Of a stretch of DNA of 64,000 nucleotides, positions 21,028-31,699 are shown piece by piece. The stretch's first letter is position 1; each line of letters begins with the position of its first letter. Under the pieces are notes generated by a model. That model ran no database searches. It was not told the origin of the DNA and was given only the letters and a program-made list of their open reading frames with translations. The stretch covers positions 85,881-149,880 of the forward strand of contig JANQQE010000015.1 of assembly GCA_028285105.1 (NCBI GenBank), in the 5' to 3' direction. Position numbers and translations under genes: made by a program. This DNA is from Alphaproteobacteria bacterium. Lineage in GTDB: Bacteria; Planctomycetota; Phycisphaerae; UBA1845.

Positions 21028-22185
21028 ATGATAACCTTTCTCATGGCTCGAATCGGCCTTCTGCTGACAACGACACCGTGGAACGACCGCCGCCAGTTCG
21101 ACCGCCAGGCTCCGGCGTTGGTAAGCGGCGCGCATGACGTTCTGTATCTGGCAGTGAACCCGGATCCTTCATCGAATAACGGCTTGAGTTTCGTACCGCT
21201 TTCGCCTCGCGAGGGTAGGCTCGCACGATTTACGGGCGGGCTGAATCAGTTTGGAAAGATCAAGAATCTCTCTCCCGATGCCATTCAATTGTGTTCAATT
21301 GAGCAGCTTCCCTTGGGTCTGGCGTTGAGGCTGACATCGGATATTAAGGTGACCTACGACTGTCGTGAAGACATGTATCATTCCATGCGCGATCACAAGA
21401 CGCGCTTCCCAAAGATGGTGCGGCAGGTTTTTGCATCGTGCGTCAAACTGATTGAAGGCATGGCTGATCGATGGTTTGATGGCATCGTCGCATCCGATCG
21501 GGCGATCCATGACTCTTTTGAATCAATGCCCAACGATCAAAAAACGATCTTCTATAACACGCCATTGCTGTCCATGTTCGAGAAAAATTATCAGCCACTC
21601 TCCGAAAGACCCTATGACGTTGTGGTGATGGGTTCGATGAGTCCGCGAACAGGTGTACTTGATCTGGTGCAAGCGATCGGTCTCCTGAAAAGACGCGAAA
21701 CCATTGTCAAAGCAATGCTTCTGGGCGATCCCAGTAATGACATTTTGGAACCCATTACGCGCGTGATGCAACAAGATGGCATTGATGATCAGATTCACAT
21801 CACCGGACGGATTCCGCACAGCGAAGTTCCCAAAACGCTGGCGACCTGCAAAATCGGTATCGTCCCCCTTCCCGATATGCCCAAGTTTCGCAACAACATC
21901 GCCTGCAAGGCGTTCGAGTACATGGCTTGCGGCATGCCGGTGATCTGCACGGACCTGCCTCCGCAACGCGAATTTGTCATCGAAGGTAAGAACGGTTTCT
22001 TCTACGAGCCAGGCAACGTTGGACAGTTGGCCAACGCCATCGAAGAATTGCTCGTAGACCTTCCACGGGCGAATGAACTGGGAAATGCCGGACGAACGAT
22101 GGCTGAGGGAACGTGGAATTGCGAGCATGAACAGGAAAAGTATCGCAGATTTTATGATCGACTACTCGCAAGTAACCACCATTGA
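21028..22185 (+). CDS. Glycosyltransferase family 4
   Basis: YDCRED, KAFEYMACGMPVI, NGFFYEPG. Confidence 0.9.
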   Translation: MITFLMARIGLLLTTTPWNDRRQFDRQAPALVSGAHDVLYLAVNPDPSSNNGLSFVPLSPREGRLARFTGGLNQFGKIKNLSPDAIQLCSIEQLPLGLALRLTSDIKVTYDCREDMYHSMRDHKTRFPKMVRQVFASCVKLIEGMADRWFDGIVASDRAIHDSFESMPNDQKTIFYNTPLLSMFEKNYQPLSERPYDVVVMGSMSPRTGVLDLVQAIGLLKRRETIVKAMLLGDPSNDILEPITRVMQQDGIDDQIHITGRIPHSEVPKTLATCKIGIVPLPDMPKFRNNIACKAFEYMACGMPVICTDLPPQREFVIEGKNGFFYEPGNVGQLANAIEELLVDLPRANELGNAGRTMAEGTWNCEHEQEKYRRFYDRLLASNHH

Positions 22186-23294
22186 TCGCCGCAATGACAG
22201 CCGAAACGACTTCAGACACAACAGGTCAAACAGCAATCGTTTCATTTTTGGGAGATGTATTTCCCGGTCTGAACGAAGCGGAGGTCACCGATGGAATCAA
22301 ATCGACGCTCCGGCAAGCGGATGCCGTTGTCATCAATCTAGAATCCCCTGTCACATCACGCGGACGTGAACTGCAAAGCAAATCGCTTCATCTGCGGTCC
22401 AATCCGAATCACGTGACGTTACTCTCAGATTTGCAAACTTCTGTCGCTTGCCTCGCCAACAACCACATGTGCGACTGGACAGACGATGGTATCAAAGACA
22501 CGCTTTCGCTTCTGCAAGACAATCGCATTCCGCATACCGGTGCCGGGCCAACTCCGACGGAAGCACGGAAACCGGCGTGCGTTTCGATAGGTGAATTGCA
22601 ACTGGGATTTCTCGCGTTTGGTGCCGAATCGATTGGTACGGTTCCCGCGACCGATGGTTCATATGGGTGCAGTACGTTTGATGTTGAAACTTCGCTGGGT
22701 TGTATTCGTGAACTAAAGGAAAAAGTCGATCTGGTGATCGTGGCTGTTCACTGGGGGTTCACCAATTATCACATGCCGCTTCCCGAGCATGTCACGGCGG
22801 CGCGGCGCATGATCGATGAGGGCGCAACGGCGATCGTCGGACATCACCCCCATGTCATTCAAGGATACGAAAGACGCGGCAATGGCGTCATCGTCTACAG
22901 TCTTGGCAACTTCATCTTCGGGCGATTTTATCGCAATGGGCGTGTCGTCAATCAAAGCCGCGAAAATCGATACGGGATGGTTTGTGAACTTGGACTCACG
23001 AAAGATGGCGTGGATTCGATTCGGTTTCACCATTCAAAGCAACGCGGCGATCGGGTTTCCGTGGATTTGCTGACAGGTTCTGCGGCTGAAAAACGCGAAC
23101 GGTTTTTGAACAAGCTTTCATCGAAACTCGAGGGTGAAGACTACGAATCACGTTTTCGGCGTTATGTCGTGCGCCGAATGGGATATCGCGCACTTCGCTG
23201 GTGCAACCCGAAAATGTGGCGCAACATCAACCGTGCGTATCTAGCCGGGGTCTTCAATGCAGCGAAGTTATTGAGCAGGAAGCGCGGTGGCTAG
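22182..23294 (+). CDS. CapA/PGA_cap-family metallophosphoesterase
   Basis: FLGD, NLESP, LANNHMCD, VHWG, GHHPHV, YSLGNF. Confidence 0.9.
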   Translation: MIAAMTAETTSDTTGQTAIVSFLGDVFPGLNEAEVTDGIKSTLRQADAVVINLESPVTSRGRELQSKSLHLRSNPNHVTLLSDLQTSVACLANNHMCDWTDDGIKDTLSLLQDNRIPHTGAGPTPTEARKPACVSIGELQLGFLAFGAESIGTVPATDGSYGCSTFDVETSLGCIRELKEKVDLVIVAVHWGFTNYHMPLPEHVTAARRMIDEGATAIVGHHPHVIQGYERRGNGVIVYSLGNFIFGRFYRNGRVVNQSRENRYGMVCELGLTKDGVDSIRFHHSKQRGDRVSVDLLTGSAAEKRERFLNKLSSKLEGEDYESRFRRYVVRRMGYRALRWCNPKMWRNINRAYLAGVFNAAKLLSRKRGG

Positions 23295-23349
23295 TTGCTT
23301 CTGTGTACATTGCATCGCTTCGCCATGATGCTCCATCTATTCGGCAACA

Positions 23350-24714
23350 GTGATTAAGCTCTACGAAAAACTACCGATATTCCTTCAGAATGTCGCTTGC
23401 GGAATTGCGGGACTCAGGATTCGTCGCAATCGATTTGGTCGACATTTTGTAAAATATTTTGCAGAACTTCAGGAATCGGATCGATGGCCTCGCGAGCGTC
23501 TGATCGCGTACCAAAATGGTAAACTTCGGAAACTCATCAATCACTGCTATGAATCGGTTCCATTCTATACGTGGCAATTTCGCGAGTTGGGACTTGTGCC
23601 AGAAGACATTCAGACGCAGGATGACCTTGCCCAATTACCAATCCTCACGAAAGAGACGGTTCGCGAACGGGCATCCGAATTCTTATCGACTCGTTTTGAT
23701 CGGGATGATCTCGAGGTTCTGACAACGAGTGGAACCACTGGCGCGGGGATGACATTCTATCAGCAACCTGAAACGCGCGCTTTCGAGGCGGCTGTCATCT
23801 GGCGCTTTCGAAATCGGTTCGGAATTACACCGTTGCAGCGTCACGCCCACTTCGGCGGAAGGCGACTGATCCCATTCGATCAAAAGGGACCGCCGTTCTG
23901 GCGAAAGAACTTCGGCTTGAATCAGGTTTACTATTCGTCGTTTCATTTGACGCCGGAAAATCTCTCTCACTACGCGAAACATTTGATCGAACAGGATTAC
24001 GGATACTACTCGGGGTATGCATCGACCATGGTAGTGATTGCAGAGTATCTGCTGCAAGAAGGATTGAGGATCAAGAACCCACCAACCGTCGTTAACACAG
24101 GAAGCGAAACGCTGCATTCGTCGCAACGCTCGATGATTGAAAAAGCGTTTGAATGCCCAGTCGCCGATCGCTACGGAGCGGCTGAGCCTGTCTGCACAAT
24201 GTCGCAGTGCGAAAAAGGCTCCTACCACGAAGACATGGAACTTGGCATTCTTGAACGCATCCCCGTCGAGCATCACGGCGACGGACAATCGAGTCGAATC
24301 ATTGGAACGTCGCTCGTTGAATACGCGATGCCGCTGGTTCGATACGATATTGGCGACATCGCCACATTCACGGACGACCCGTGCCCATGCGGTCGCCAAT
24401 CGCCCATCGCCCGCTACATCGATGGACGCATGGAAAGTTACATCCTCACGCCGGACGGTCGTAAAATCGGAAGATTGGCCCGGGTCTTCGGCGACCTGCC
24501 GCGTGTCAAGGAAAGCCAAATCGTTCAGCGTACCAAGAGCGAACTGCTGGTTCGCGTGGTCCAGAAAAACGGGTATTCGGCAACGGATGAATCCGCATAC
24601 CGCAATAAGCTGACGGAAATCGTCGGCAAAGACTTCCAGATTGAGTTTGAATACCTCGACTTAATACCGCGAAACAAAAGCGGCAAATTCAGCGCGGTGG
24701 TTTCGGAAATCTGA
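23350..24714 (+). CDS. Phenylacetate-CoA ligase-like adenylating enzyme (CapK family)
   Basis: LPILTKE, TSGTTG, YGAAE, MPLVRYDIGD, CPCGR, SGKF. Confidence 0.88.
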   Translation: MIKLYEKLPIFLQNVACGIAGLRIRRNRFGRHFVKYFAELQESDRWPRERLIAYQNGKLRKLINHCYESVPFYTWQFRELGLVPEDIQTQDDLAQLPILTKETVRERASEFLSTRFDRDDLEVLTTSGTTGAGMTFYQQPETRAFEAAVIWRFRNRFGITPLQRHAHFGGRRLIPFDQKGPPFWRKNFGLNQVYYSSFHLTPENLSHYAKHLIEQDYGYYSGYASTMVVIAEYLLQEGLRIKNPPTVVNTGSETLHSSQRSMIEKAFECPVADRYGAAEPVCTMSQCEKGSYHEDMELGILERIPVEHHGDGQSSRIIGTSLVEYAMPLVRYDIGDIATFTDDPCPCGRQSPIARYIDGRMESYILTPDGRKIGRLARVFGDLPRVKESQIVQRTKSELLVRVVQKNGYSATDESAYRNKLTEIVGKDFQIEFEYLDLIPRNKSGKFSAVVSEI

Positions 24715-24782
24715 ATGCAGACAATTTCCGGTTGGATTCGTTCAAGACATTCGGTTGGTAGTCATTCGCAAGAGACACCCCA

Positions 24783-26804
24783 ATGCAAGCCATTCGATTG
24801 TTGACACACCTGGGCCCCTGGACAACGGCTCGGCGGTTCTACCACCTTGCCCGTATACGTTCAGGCTGGCTCGAAAAACTTGATCCAATCAATCACTTCG
24901 GATCGCAGCAACTTGTATCCCGTTTGACGAATGGACACACGATCGGTCAAATGCTGTGTGACCGAAGAGCCGACGCCATCCCCTTCTTTTTCGACTCGTC
25001 TTTCACCAGAGACTTCGCGCCGATTCTCGAAAACTTGATAACTCGTCAAGAGCGCGAGCAAATCATCGATCGGGCCAATGCGTTGGAGCGTGGGGAAGTA
25101 CAGTTTTTCAGCCGCTGGAGTGTCGAGTTGGGAAGCCCAATCGACTGGCGTCTAAATCCCCGGAAGAACAAACGGTGGACGTCCGATTCCCACTGGAGTC
25201 GGGTACAAAACCTCAGCGCAGAGATGGGCGACACCAAGATGGTTTGGGAAGCAAATCGTTTCGCCCACGCTTATTGGCTTGTTCGCGCCTTTGCACTGAC
25301 CCATGAAACCCTCTATCTCAAGACATGTTTGCGCAATATCCTGGACTGGATCAAAAAGAATCCGCCGGCATGCGGCGTCAATTGGAACTGCGGACAGGAG
25401 ACATCGTTTCGACTGATGGCCTGGTGCTTCGCATTGCAGGCCCTTTACGCAACAGATCTCCTGGACGGTGACGATTACGGAACGATCCTGGCGTCGATTT
25501 ACCGGCAAACGCAACGAATTGAAAGGCATATCGGGTACGCCCGTTCCATCGCAAACAACCATGCATTGAGTGAAGCGCTGGGCTTGTATACGGTTGGCCG
25601 GCTGTTTCCTGAATTTGATTGCTCAAAGCGATGGGCGCGCAAAGGCAAACGAATCTTGTGCACGGAGATACTCCGTCAGGTTTTCAAAGACGGTTCGTAC
25701 ATTCAGCATTCGATGAATTATCACCGGGTGATGCTTCACGATTGCCTATGGGCGGTGCGGCTGGGCGACATTCATGATGATCCGTTTCCTCGGGATGTTA
25801 TCGATCGGCTGCGACGCGCGGTCAAGTTTTCCAAGGACATGCAGGACACGCGCTGCGGGCGCGTACCGAATTATGGTTCAAACGACGGCGCACAGGTGCT
25901 ACCGTTAACGTCGTGCGACTACCTCGACCACCGCCCGGTGTTGCAGTCATGGTCCCATCAGCTGGATGGCGCGCGAGCGTACGATTCCGGTCCATGGGAC
26001 GAAGAGACCCTTTGGTTGCTTGGACCGTCGGCACTGCGGGACACCGGCGCGAATCACAGACCGGTTAGCACCGCTTACGACGTTGGCGGATACTACACGC
26101 TGAGAGGCGTAAACAGTTGGGCGATGATTCGTTGTCATTCCTACCGTTGGCGGCCTGCGGAAGCTGATATGTTGCATCTCGATCTGTGGTTCAAAGGAGA
26201 GAACATTCTTCGCGACGGCGGTTCGTACAGTTACAACTGCCCGCCTCCTTTGGGAACCTATTTCAAATCGACTTCAGCTCACAATACGGTCGTCGTCGAG
26301 GGCGAAAGTCAGATGGTCAAGGGCCCGCGTTTCATGTGGTTTGAGTGGGTCAAATCTCGACTGATCGATTATCAACCACCCGGTGATGGTTGCAGTGGCC
26401 ATTTCGAAGGCGAACACTACGGGTTCCGAAAACGATTCGGTATCGCACATCGTAGGCGAATCGATTATGCGGAACCCGATCATTGGATGGTCACCGATCG
26501 ACTTCTTGGAAGTAGCTCCGTCAATGCTTCTGTCATGTGGCATGTTCCCGATGTGCCCTACGAGTGGGACGACAGCACGTCGACTTTTTCCTACGAAATC
26601 GATTCAGCCAGAATTCAAATGTCGTTCAGCGTCGAGAACGGTAAAATCGAATCGACCAACATTTATCGAGCGGTAGTAAACAACGAATCAGCAGCCGGCT
26701 GGGAATCGTTGTACTATGGTGAAAAGCAACCAAGACCGGTCATTCAAATTTCGCTGCGATTCGAGCCGGAGACCAAACTGATGACCAGCATCCACTGCAA
26801 TTAG
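24783..26804 (+). CDS. Heparinase II/III-family protein
   Basis: KMVWEANRF, NNHALSE, QHSMNYH, PNYGSNDG, DMLHLDLW, DGGSYSY, AHNTV. Confidence 0.9.
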   Translation: MQAIRLLTHLGPWTTARRFYHLARIRSGWLEKLDPINHFGSQQLVSRLTNGHTIGQMLCDRRADAIPFFFDSSFTRDFAPILENLITRQEREQIIDRANALERGEVQFFSRWSVELGSPIDWRLNPRKNKRWTSDSHWSRVQNLSAEMGDTKMVWEANRFAHAYWLVRAFALTHETLYLKTCLRNILDWIKKNPPACGVNWNCGQETSFRLMAWCFALQALYATDLLDGDDYGTILASIYRQTQRIERHIGYARSIANNHALSEALGLYTVGRLFPEFDCSKRWARKGKRILCTEILRQVFKDGSYIQHSMNYHRVMLHDCLWAVRLGDIHDDPFPRDVIDRLRRAVKFSKDMQDTRCGRVPNYGSNDGAQVLPLTSCDYLDHRPVLQSWSHQLDGARAYDSGPWDEETLWLLGPSALRDTGANHRPVSTAYDVGGYYTLRGVNSWAMIRCHSYRWRPAEADMLHLDLWFKGENILRDGGSYSYNCPPPLGTYFKSTSAHNTVVVEGESQMVKGPRFMWFEWVKSRLIDYQPPGDGCSGHFEGEHYGFRKRFGIAHRRRIDYAEPDHWMVTDRLLGSSSVNASVMWHVPDVPYEWDDSTSTFSYEIDSARIQMSFSVENGKIESTNIYRAVVNNESAAGWESLYYGEKQPRPVIQISLRFEPETKLMTSIHCN

Positions 26805-26820
26805 GATTCGATTACCGAAC

Positions 26821-28053
26821 ATGCATATAGCGTATATCCACCAACATTTTTCTACACGAACCGGCGCAACCGGAACGCGCTCTTACGAACTCAGCCAGCG
26901 ACTCATCGAAGCCGGGCATCAGGTCACGCTTATTTCCGGCGTGAACGAACTCAGCGCGTTGAAGGAGGATCCGAACGCCCGCGTGACCGAATCCGATGTC
27001 GATGGCATTCGTGTGCTGTCGGTTTCCGAGCCTTATAAGAATGCCATGGGATTCATTCAGCGGGTTCGCGCTTTTGGCCGATTTGCGAAGACAGCTGGGC
27101 GACTGGTCAAGAAGATCGACGCCGATTTGGTCTTCGCCACATCGACGCCACTGACCGTGGGCGTTCCCGGAATGCGGGGGGCCAAACATCTCGGTGTGCC
27201 ATTTGTGTTTGAAGTGCGCGATCTGTGGCCGGAAATCCCAATTGCGATGGGTATCGTGAAGAACCCACTGCTCAAGTGGTATCTCAAACGGTTGGAAGTC
27301 AAAATCTACCGGGCTGCCAATTGGATCAACGCGCTTTCGCCGGGTATCCGCAAAGGAATCTGCGCCACCGGGTATCCCGAATCGCAAACGTCGATGATAC
27401 CGAACGCGAGCGACCTGGATGTTTTCAAACCCATTCCCAAAGGCATCGACGATTCAAAGTATGGGCGCCCCGACGATTTCAAACTGGTATTCACTGGTGC
27501 CCACGGTTTGGCCAACGGGCTCGACGCGGTTCTGGATGCAATCATCGAGTTAAAAAATCGCGGCGAAACAGGAATCCACTTCAACTTCATCGGGCATGGC
27601 GGAATGAAGCCCGGTCTGATGGAGCGATGCAAACTCGAGAATCTTCAAGATTGGGTGAGTTGGGTTGAACCCATGCCCAAACAGCAGTTGGCCGAAATTC
27701 TCCCACGAATGGATGTGGGCATGATGATTCTCAAGAATCTTCCGGCGTTTTATTACGGGACTTCACCGAATAAGTTTTTCGACTATATTGCCAGCGGGCT
27801 ACCGGTTCTAAACAATTATCCCGGATGGCTTGCCGGGTTGATCGAAGAGAACAATTGCGGCAAGGTGGTTTCGCCCGACGATCCGAAGGCGTTCGCCGAC
27901 GCAGTATTGTGGATGCGGGACCATCCCGACGAACTCAAGGCGATGGGTCCCCGTTCGCGAAAACTGGCGGAATCGCAATTTTCGCGACAGGTCCTCGGCG
28001 AAAAGTTTGTCGGAATTCTCGAACAGGTTTACGAGCAGAGCAAAACAACGTGA
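26821..28053 (+). CDS. Glycosyltransferase family 4 (WbuB-like)
   Basis: FEVRDLWPE, GAHGLANGL, SPNKFFDYIASGLP. Confidence 0.92.
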   Translation: MHIAYIHQHFSTRTGATGTRSYELSQRLIEAGHQVTLISGVNELSALKEDPNARVTESDVDGIRVLSVSEPYKNAMGFIQRVRAFGRFAKTAGRLVKKIDADLVFATSTPLTVGVPGMRGAKHLGVPFVFEVRDLWPEIPIAMGIVKNPLLKWYLKRLEVKIYRAANWINALSPGIRKGICATGYPESQTSMIPNASDLDVFKPIPKGIDDSKYGRPDDFKLVFTGAHGLANGLDAVLDAIIELKNRGETGIHFNFIGHGGMKPGLMERCKLENLQDWVSWVEPMPKQQLAEILPRMDVGMMILKNLPAFYYGTSPNKFFDYIASGLPVLNNYPGWLAGLIEENNCGKVVSPDDPKAFADAVLWMRDHPDELKAMGPRSRKLAESQFSRQVLGEKFVGILEQVYEQSKTT

Positions 28054-28613
28054 AAGATCAGATTACCGAACATCTGAAGACGGCTGAGAAACTCTGCGGT
28101 TCGATTCCACTGCTCGAACGCATCTGCGATCGAATCATATCGTGTTTCAGAAACGGTAATCGTCTGTACGTTTGCGGAAACGGTGGCAGCGCGGCAGACG
28201 CCCAGCACATCGCCGCCGAACTGATCGGGCGATTTAAGATCGATCGCGCCCCCCTGCCGGCGATTGCCCTGACGACCGATACGTCGGCCCTCACCGCCAT
28301 CTCAAATGATCTTGGCGGCGAAGTCGTCTTTCAGCGACAGGTCGAGGGCCTCGTTAATCGAGGCGACATCGTCTGGGCGCTGAGCGTATCTGGCACGTCC
28401 CCAAACATCATTGCAGCCGTAAAGTCCGCAAAGCAGCGCGGCGCGTGTGTCGTCGGATTCACTAGCACCAAGGGCGATGCACTTGCAGAATTCTGCGATG
28501 AATGTCTTCGTGCAGAACACACCAGCAGCGACCGTGTGCAGGAAGTTCACGTACTTGCATACCACTTGATTTGCGAACGCATCGAGGCGACGTTTGCAAA
28601 TCAGACAGATTAG
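28050..28613 (+). CDS. gmhA: Phosphoheptose isomerase (SIS domain)
   Basis: GTG overlapping previous stop; CGNGGSAADAQHIAAEL, TAISND, RVQEVH. Confidence 0.92.
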   Translation: MKDQITEHLKTAEKLCGSIPLLERICDRIISCFRNGNRLYVCGNGGSAADAQHIAAELIGRFKIDRAPLPAIALTTDTSALTAISNDLGGEVVFQRQVEGLVNRGDIVWALSVSGTSPNIIAAVKSAKQRGACVVGFTSTKGDALAEFCDECLRAEHTSSDRVQEVHVLAYHLICERIEATFANQTD

Positions 28614-28654
28614 GCTCTTCGCTCTATATCAAGGCAGTTGCCAGTCGATTTCCA

Positions 28655-29584
28655 ATGTCTGAACTCGAACGTCCTGAACATCCGATTAAGTTCAACCCAC
28701 TATGCACCAATCCAGATGAGATTGAACGGATGTGGTACATTCCATCGTACACGCCGGTCAAAAGTGGCTGGATGCTATACAGCGAAACACTGGTCCTCAG
28801 TCAGTTGCAGGGATGTTTTGAACAACCCGACAAGGTCAAGCGCACGACTGGTTGGCGAGTTGCTGGAGGGGGCGTTCGATCGATCATGGCAATCGGCCAG
28901 GCATTGCTCATGTTCTTTTGCATGATTCCGATCCTGAGTTGGCTGATGTACATGCTTGCCCGCAGCATGCCGCGCAACGTCGTCGGTTTTTTCCTGCGCG
29001 GGTGCTATTGGAAAACCAAGCTGCGTCATCTGGGAGTCGACACGTTTATCGACCAAGGAGTTGAATTCACGCGGCCGCACACCATCGAGATCGGCAACCG
29101 CTGTCATATTGATCGATACGTTCTGTTTTCGGTGGGTTGCGACGATGGATACATCCGTATCGGCGACTATTCGTTTATCGGACCGTACAGCCATGTCGCG
29201 GGTCGTGGTGGCGTCGAAATCGGCAGATTCGTTGGATTGGCCGCCCGCGTTCATCTCTATTCCGTCACCAACCTCCCGTTTCATTCCGAGCGCCTTGGCG
29301 AATTGAACTCTATGTCGCATAGTGTGCCGACAGACTTTCAAAACACGGTCGAAGGCAAAGTCGATATTGGAGACTATTCTGTGATCGGAATGGGCACATT
29401 GGTGCTGCCGGGGGTTCATTTGGGACGCGGGGCGATCGTGCATCCTTATTCCGAGGTACGCGATTCGTTCGCAAAGTTTGCGATCGTTTCCGGTCATGGC
29501 CGGGCAAAGCGGATCGGGTGGCGCCGCCCTGCGAGGCTCGATCCAAGGCTTCAGTCAACTCACGGGGTCCAAGACGAAGCATGA
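28655..29584 (+). CDS. Hexapeptide-repeat (LbH) acyltransferase with N-terminal hydrophobic segment
   Basis: IEIGNRCHI, IRIGDYSFIG, VEIGRFV, VDIGDYSVIG, VHLGRGAIV; stop overlaps fkbH ATG. Confidence 0.8.
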   Translation: MSELERPEHPIKFNPLCTNPDEIERMWYIPSYTPVKSGWMLYSETLVLSQLQGCFEQPDKVKRTTGWRVAGGGVRSIMAIGQALLMFFCMIPILSWLMYMLARSMPRNVVGFFLRGCYWKTKLRHLGVDTFIDQGVEFTRPHTIEIGNRCHIDRYVLFSVGCDDGYIRIGDYSFIGPYSHVAGRGGVEIGRFVGLAARVHLYSVTNLPFHSERLGELNSMSHSVPTDFQNTVEGKVDIGDYSVIGMGTLVLPGVHLGRGAIVHPYSEVRDSFAKFAIVSGHGRAKRIGWRRPARLDPRLQSTHGVQDEA

Positions 29585-31419
29585 ATTCAGCAAGGCAAGC
29601 GCTTGCTACAACAATATCTGGGTTATCCAGCCCACCCACAACCGTGGAGATTGCCCGCGCAATCAAGACACTGTCTAATCTTGACGCTGCGGATTCAGGC
29701 ATAAAAACAATCAGACTCGCAATCGCGAGTTCGTTTACGTTTGAACCGCTTGTCAAGAATCTGACTGTTCGCGGTTATGCGGATGGTTTCAGGCTTGAAA
29801 CATATGTGTCACCCTTTGGTCAATACGTTCAGGAGTTGATGTCTCCCGCCAGCGGAATAGCTGCGTTCAAACCTGATGCGGTGGTGCTTGCGGTCCGGCT
29901 TCAGGATGCGTGTACGCTGATCTATGAAAACTTCAATGCTTTGGACGAAGCTGCTGTTCAATCGATCTGTAACGAGTGGATCAACACTTTTCGTCAGGCA
30001 GTCAAGTCGTTTCGCAAACAAAGCCAAGCTTCGATTTTGTGCGTAAACTATGAGCTTCCCGCATATCCCGCCCTGGGGCTCGCCGATTGCAATACGGTTC
30101 CATCCCAAATCCGCACCATCGCATCGTTGAATCGCACGCTTAACGAGATCGCTGCTGAAACGGGGAACATGCACATCATCGATGTCGATAGATTCACAGC
30201 CTGCGTTGGTCGATCGCGCATCGTCGATCCGAAACTCTGGTTTTGGGGCCGCATTCCCATCGCCAGCGAACATCAATGGGCCTACGTTGGCGAAATCACC
30301 CGAATGCTTCGCGCGACAACCGGAAAGGCACGCAAGGTTTTGGCGCTCGATTGCGACAACACAATCTGGGGCGGTGTCCTCGGCGATGTTGGCAAAGACG
30401 GTATTGCCCTTGGCCATGACTATCCCGGCAACGCATTTGTCGCGCTTCAAAAACGGGCGTTGGATCTCTACCATCGCGGTGTTGTGCTGGTGGTGGCCAG
30501 CAAAAACGAACACACTGCGGTCAAAGATGTTTTTGAAAATCATCCGGAAATGGTTCTTCGCCCCGAGCATGTCAGTTGCTTCGCGGTCAACTGGGAACCG
30601 AAACCGCAGAATCTTCAAAGAGTCGCCAACACGTTGAATCTGAATCTCGACAGCTTCGTTTTTGTCGACGATCACCCCGTCGAATGTGCGATGATGCGGG
30701 AGATGCTGCCACAAGTATTGACCGTCAATCTGCCGGAAGATCCCGCGCGTTATGAGCAAACGCTGGCACAACTCGACTGCTTCGACCAACTCGCTGTCAG
30801 CGACGAAGATCGCCGGCGCGGTGAAATGTATCGCAAGGAAGCTGCACGCGCAGAATTCAGGTCCGAATCGGATGATCTGGAGTCATTTTTTGTCGGTCTA
30901 AACATGCGGGTTAGCATCGCCTGCAACGATGAGTCTACCCTTGCCCGTGCATCGCAACTGACCCAACGCACCAACCAATTCAACATGACGACCGTGCGCC
31001 GGAGCGAATCGGAGATTCTTGAGTTGATGCGGGCTGAAAATACCGATGTGTACACCATTCGCCTGAACGATCGATTCGGCGATAATGGCATTGTGGGGCT
31101 GGCGATTGTCCGAAAAGAACGCGATAATGCGGTCTTGGATACGTTCCTCATGAGTTGCCGGGTGCTTGGTCGCTCCGTCGAACATGCGTTTCTGGCGTGG
31201 ATCGGCAAGCGAATGCTTGCACGAAAGGCAACCGTCATCGAGGGACGATACAATGAAACGCCCAAGAACAAACCGTTTTCGAGGTTTTTCGAATCTTGGG
31301 GGATGTCTCATTCCGACGAAACGGCTGACGGGACCCAGCGTTGGACTTATGCATTGAAACCGTCGGCTGAGGCGCTCAAGATTCCGCCATGGATTGAATT
31401 CGAATCACCGGCAAATTGA
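29581..31419 (+). CDS. fkbH: FkbH-like HAD-IIIC glyceryl-ACP-forming enzyme with C-terminal GNAT-like domain
   Basis: KVLALDCDNTIWGGVLGD, ASKN, FVDDHPVE, RTNQFN, DRFGDNG, LMSCRVLGR. Confidence 0.93.
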   Translation: MNSARQALATTISGLSSPPTTVEIARAIKTLSNLDAADSGIKTIRLAIASSFTFEPLVKNLTVRGYADGFRLETYVSPFGQYVQELMSPASGIAAFKPDAVVLAVRLQDACTLIYENFNALDEAAVQSICNEWINTFRQAVKSFRKQSQASILCVNYELPAYPALGLADCNTVPSQIRTIASLNRTLNEIAAETGNMHIIDVDRFTACVGRSRIVDPKLWFWGRIPIASEHQWAYVGEITRMLRATTGKARKVLALDCDNTIWGGVLGDVGKDGIALGHDYPGNAFVALQKRALDLYHRGVVLVVASKNEHTAVKDVFENHPEMVLRPEHVSCFAVNWEPKPQNLQRVANTLNLNLDSFVFVDDHPVECAMMREMLPQVLTVNLPEDPARYEQTLAQLDCFDQLAVSDEDRRRGEMYRKEAARAEFRSESDDLESFFVGLNMRVSIACNDESTLARASQLTQRTNQFNMTTVRRSESEILELMRAENTDVYTIRLNDRFGDNGIVGLAIVRKERDNAVLDTFLMSCRVLGRSVEHAFLAWIGKRMLARKATVIEGRYNETPKNKPFSRFFESWGMSHSDETADGTQRWTYALKPSAEALKIPPWIEFESPAN

Positions 31420-31442
31420 AATTCCATTGCTAGGATTTATGC

Positions 31443-31691
31443 ATGAGTCAGGAAAACAGAACGAAACTAAACGAGATCATCGCCACGCTCCTGGAAGTGG
31501 ATGCCGCGACGATCGATAACAACACGTCCCCAACAACGATCGAGCAATGGGACAGCTTGAACCATCTCAACATCTGCGTGGCAGTCGAGCAGGAATTCGG
31601 CATTCAACTCCAGACCGACGAGATGGCCACCATCCGCAACGTGGGCGATCTCGTCACAATGCTTAATAACAAGGACGTTGCCTGCGCGTAA
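31443..31691 (+). CDS. Acyl carrier protein
   Basis: 82 aa, acidic, WDSLNHL phosphopantetheine site; follows fkbH. Confidence 0.92.
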   Translation: MSQENRTKLNEIIATLLEVDAATIDNNTSPTTIEQWDSLNHLNICVAVEQEFGIQLQTDEMATIRNVGDLVTMLNNKDVACA

Positions 31692-31699
31692 CCTCACCG

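Noticed and set aside
22182-23294. Poly-gamma-glutamate capsule synthesis
   Set aside because: CapA-family domain only; no capB/capC.
29581-31691. PKS/NRPS secondary metabolite cluster
   Set aside because: No KS, C or NRPS-type A modules; FkbH and ACP sit among glycan genes.
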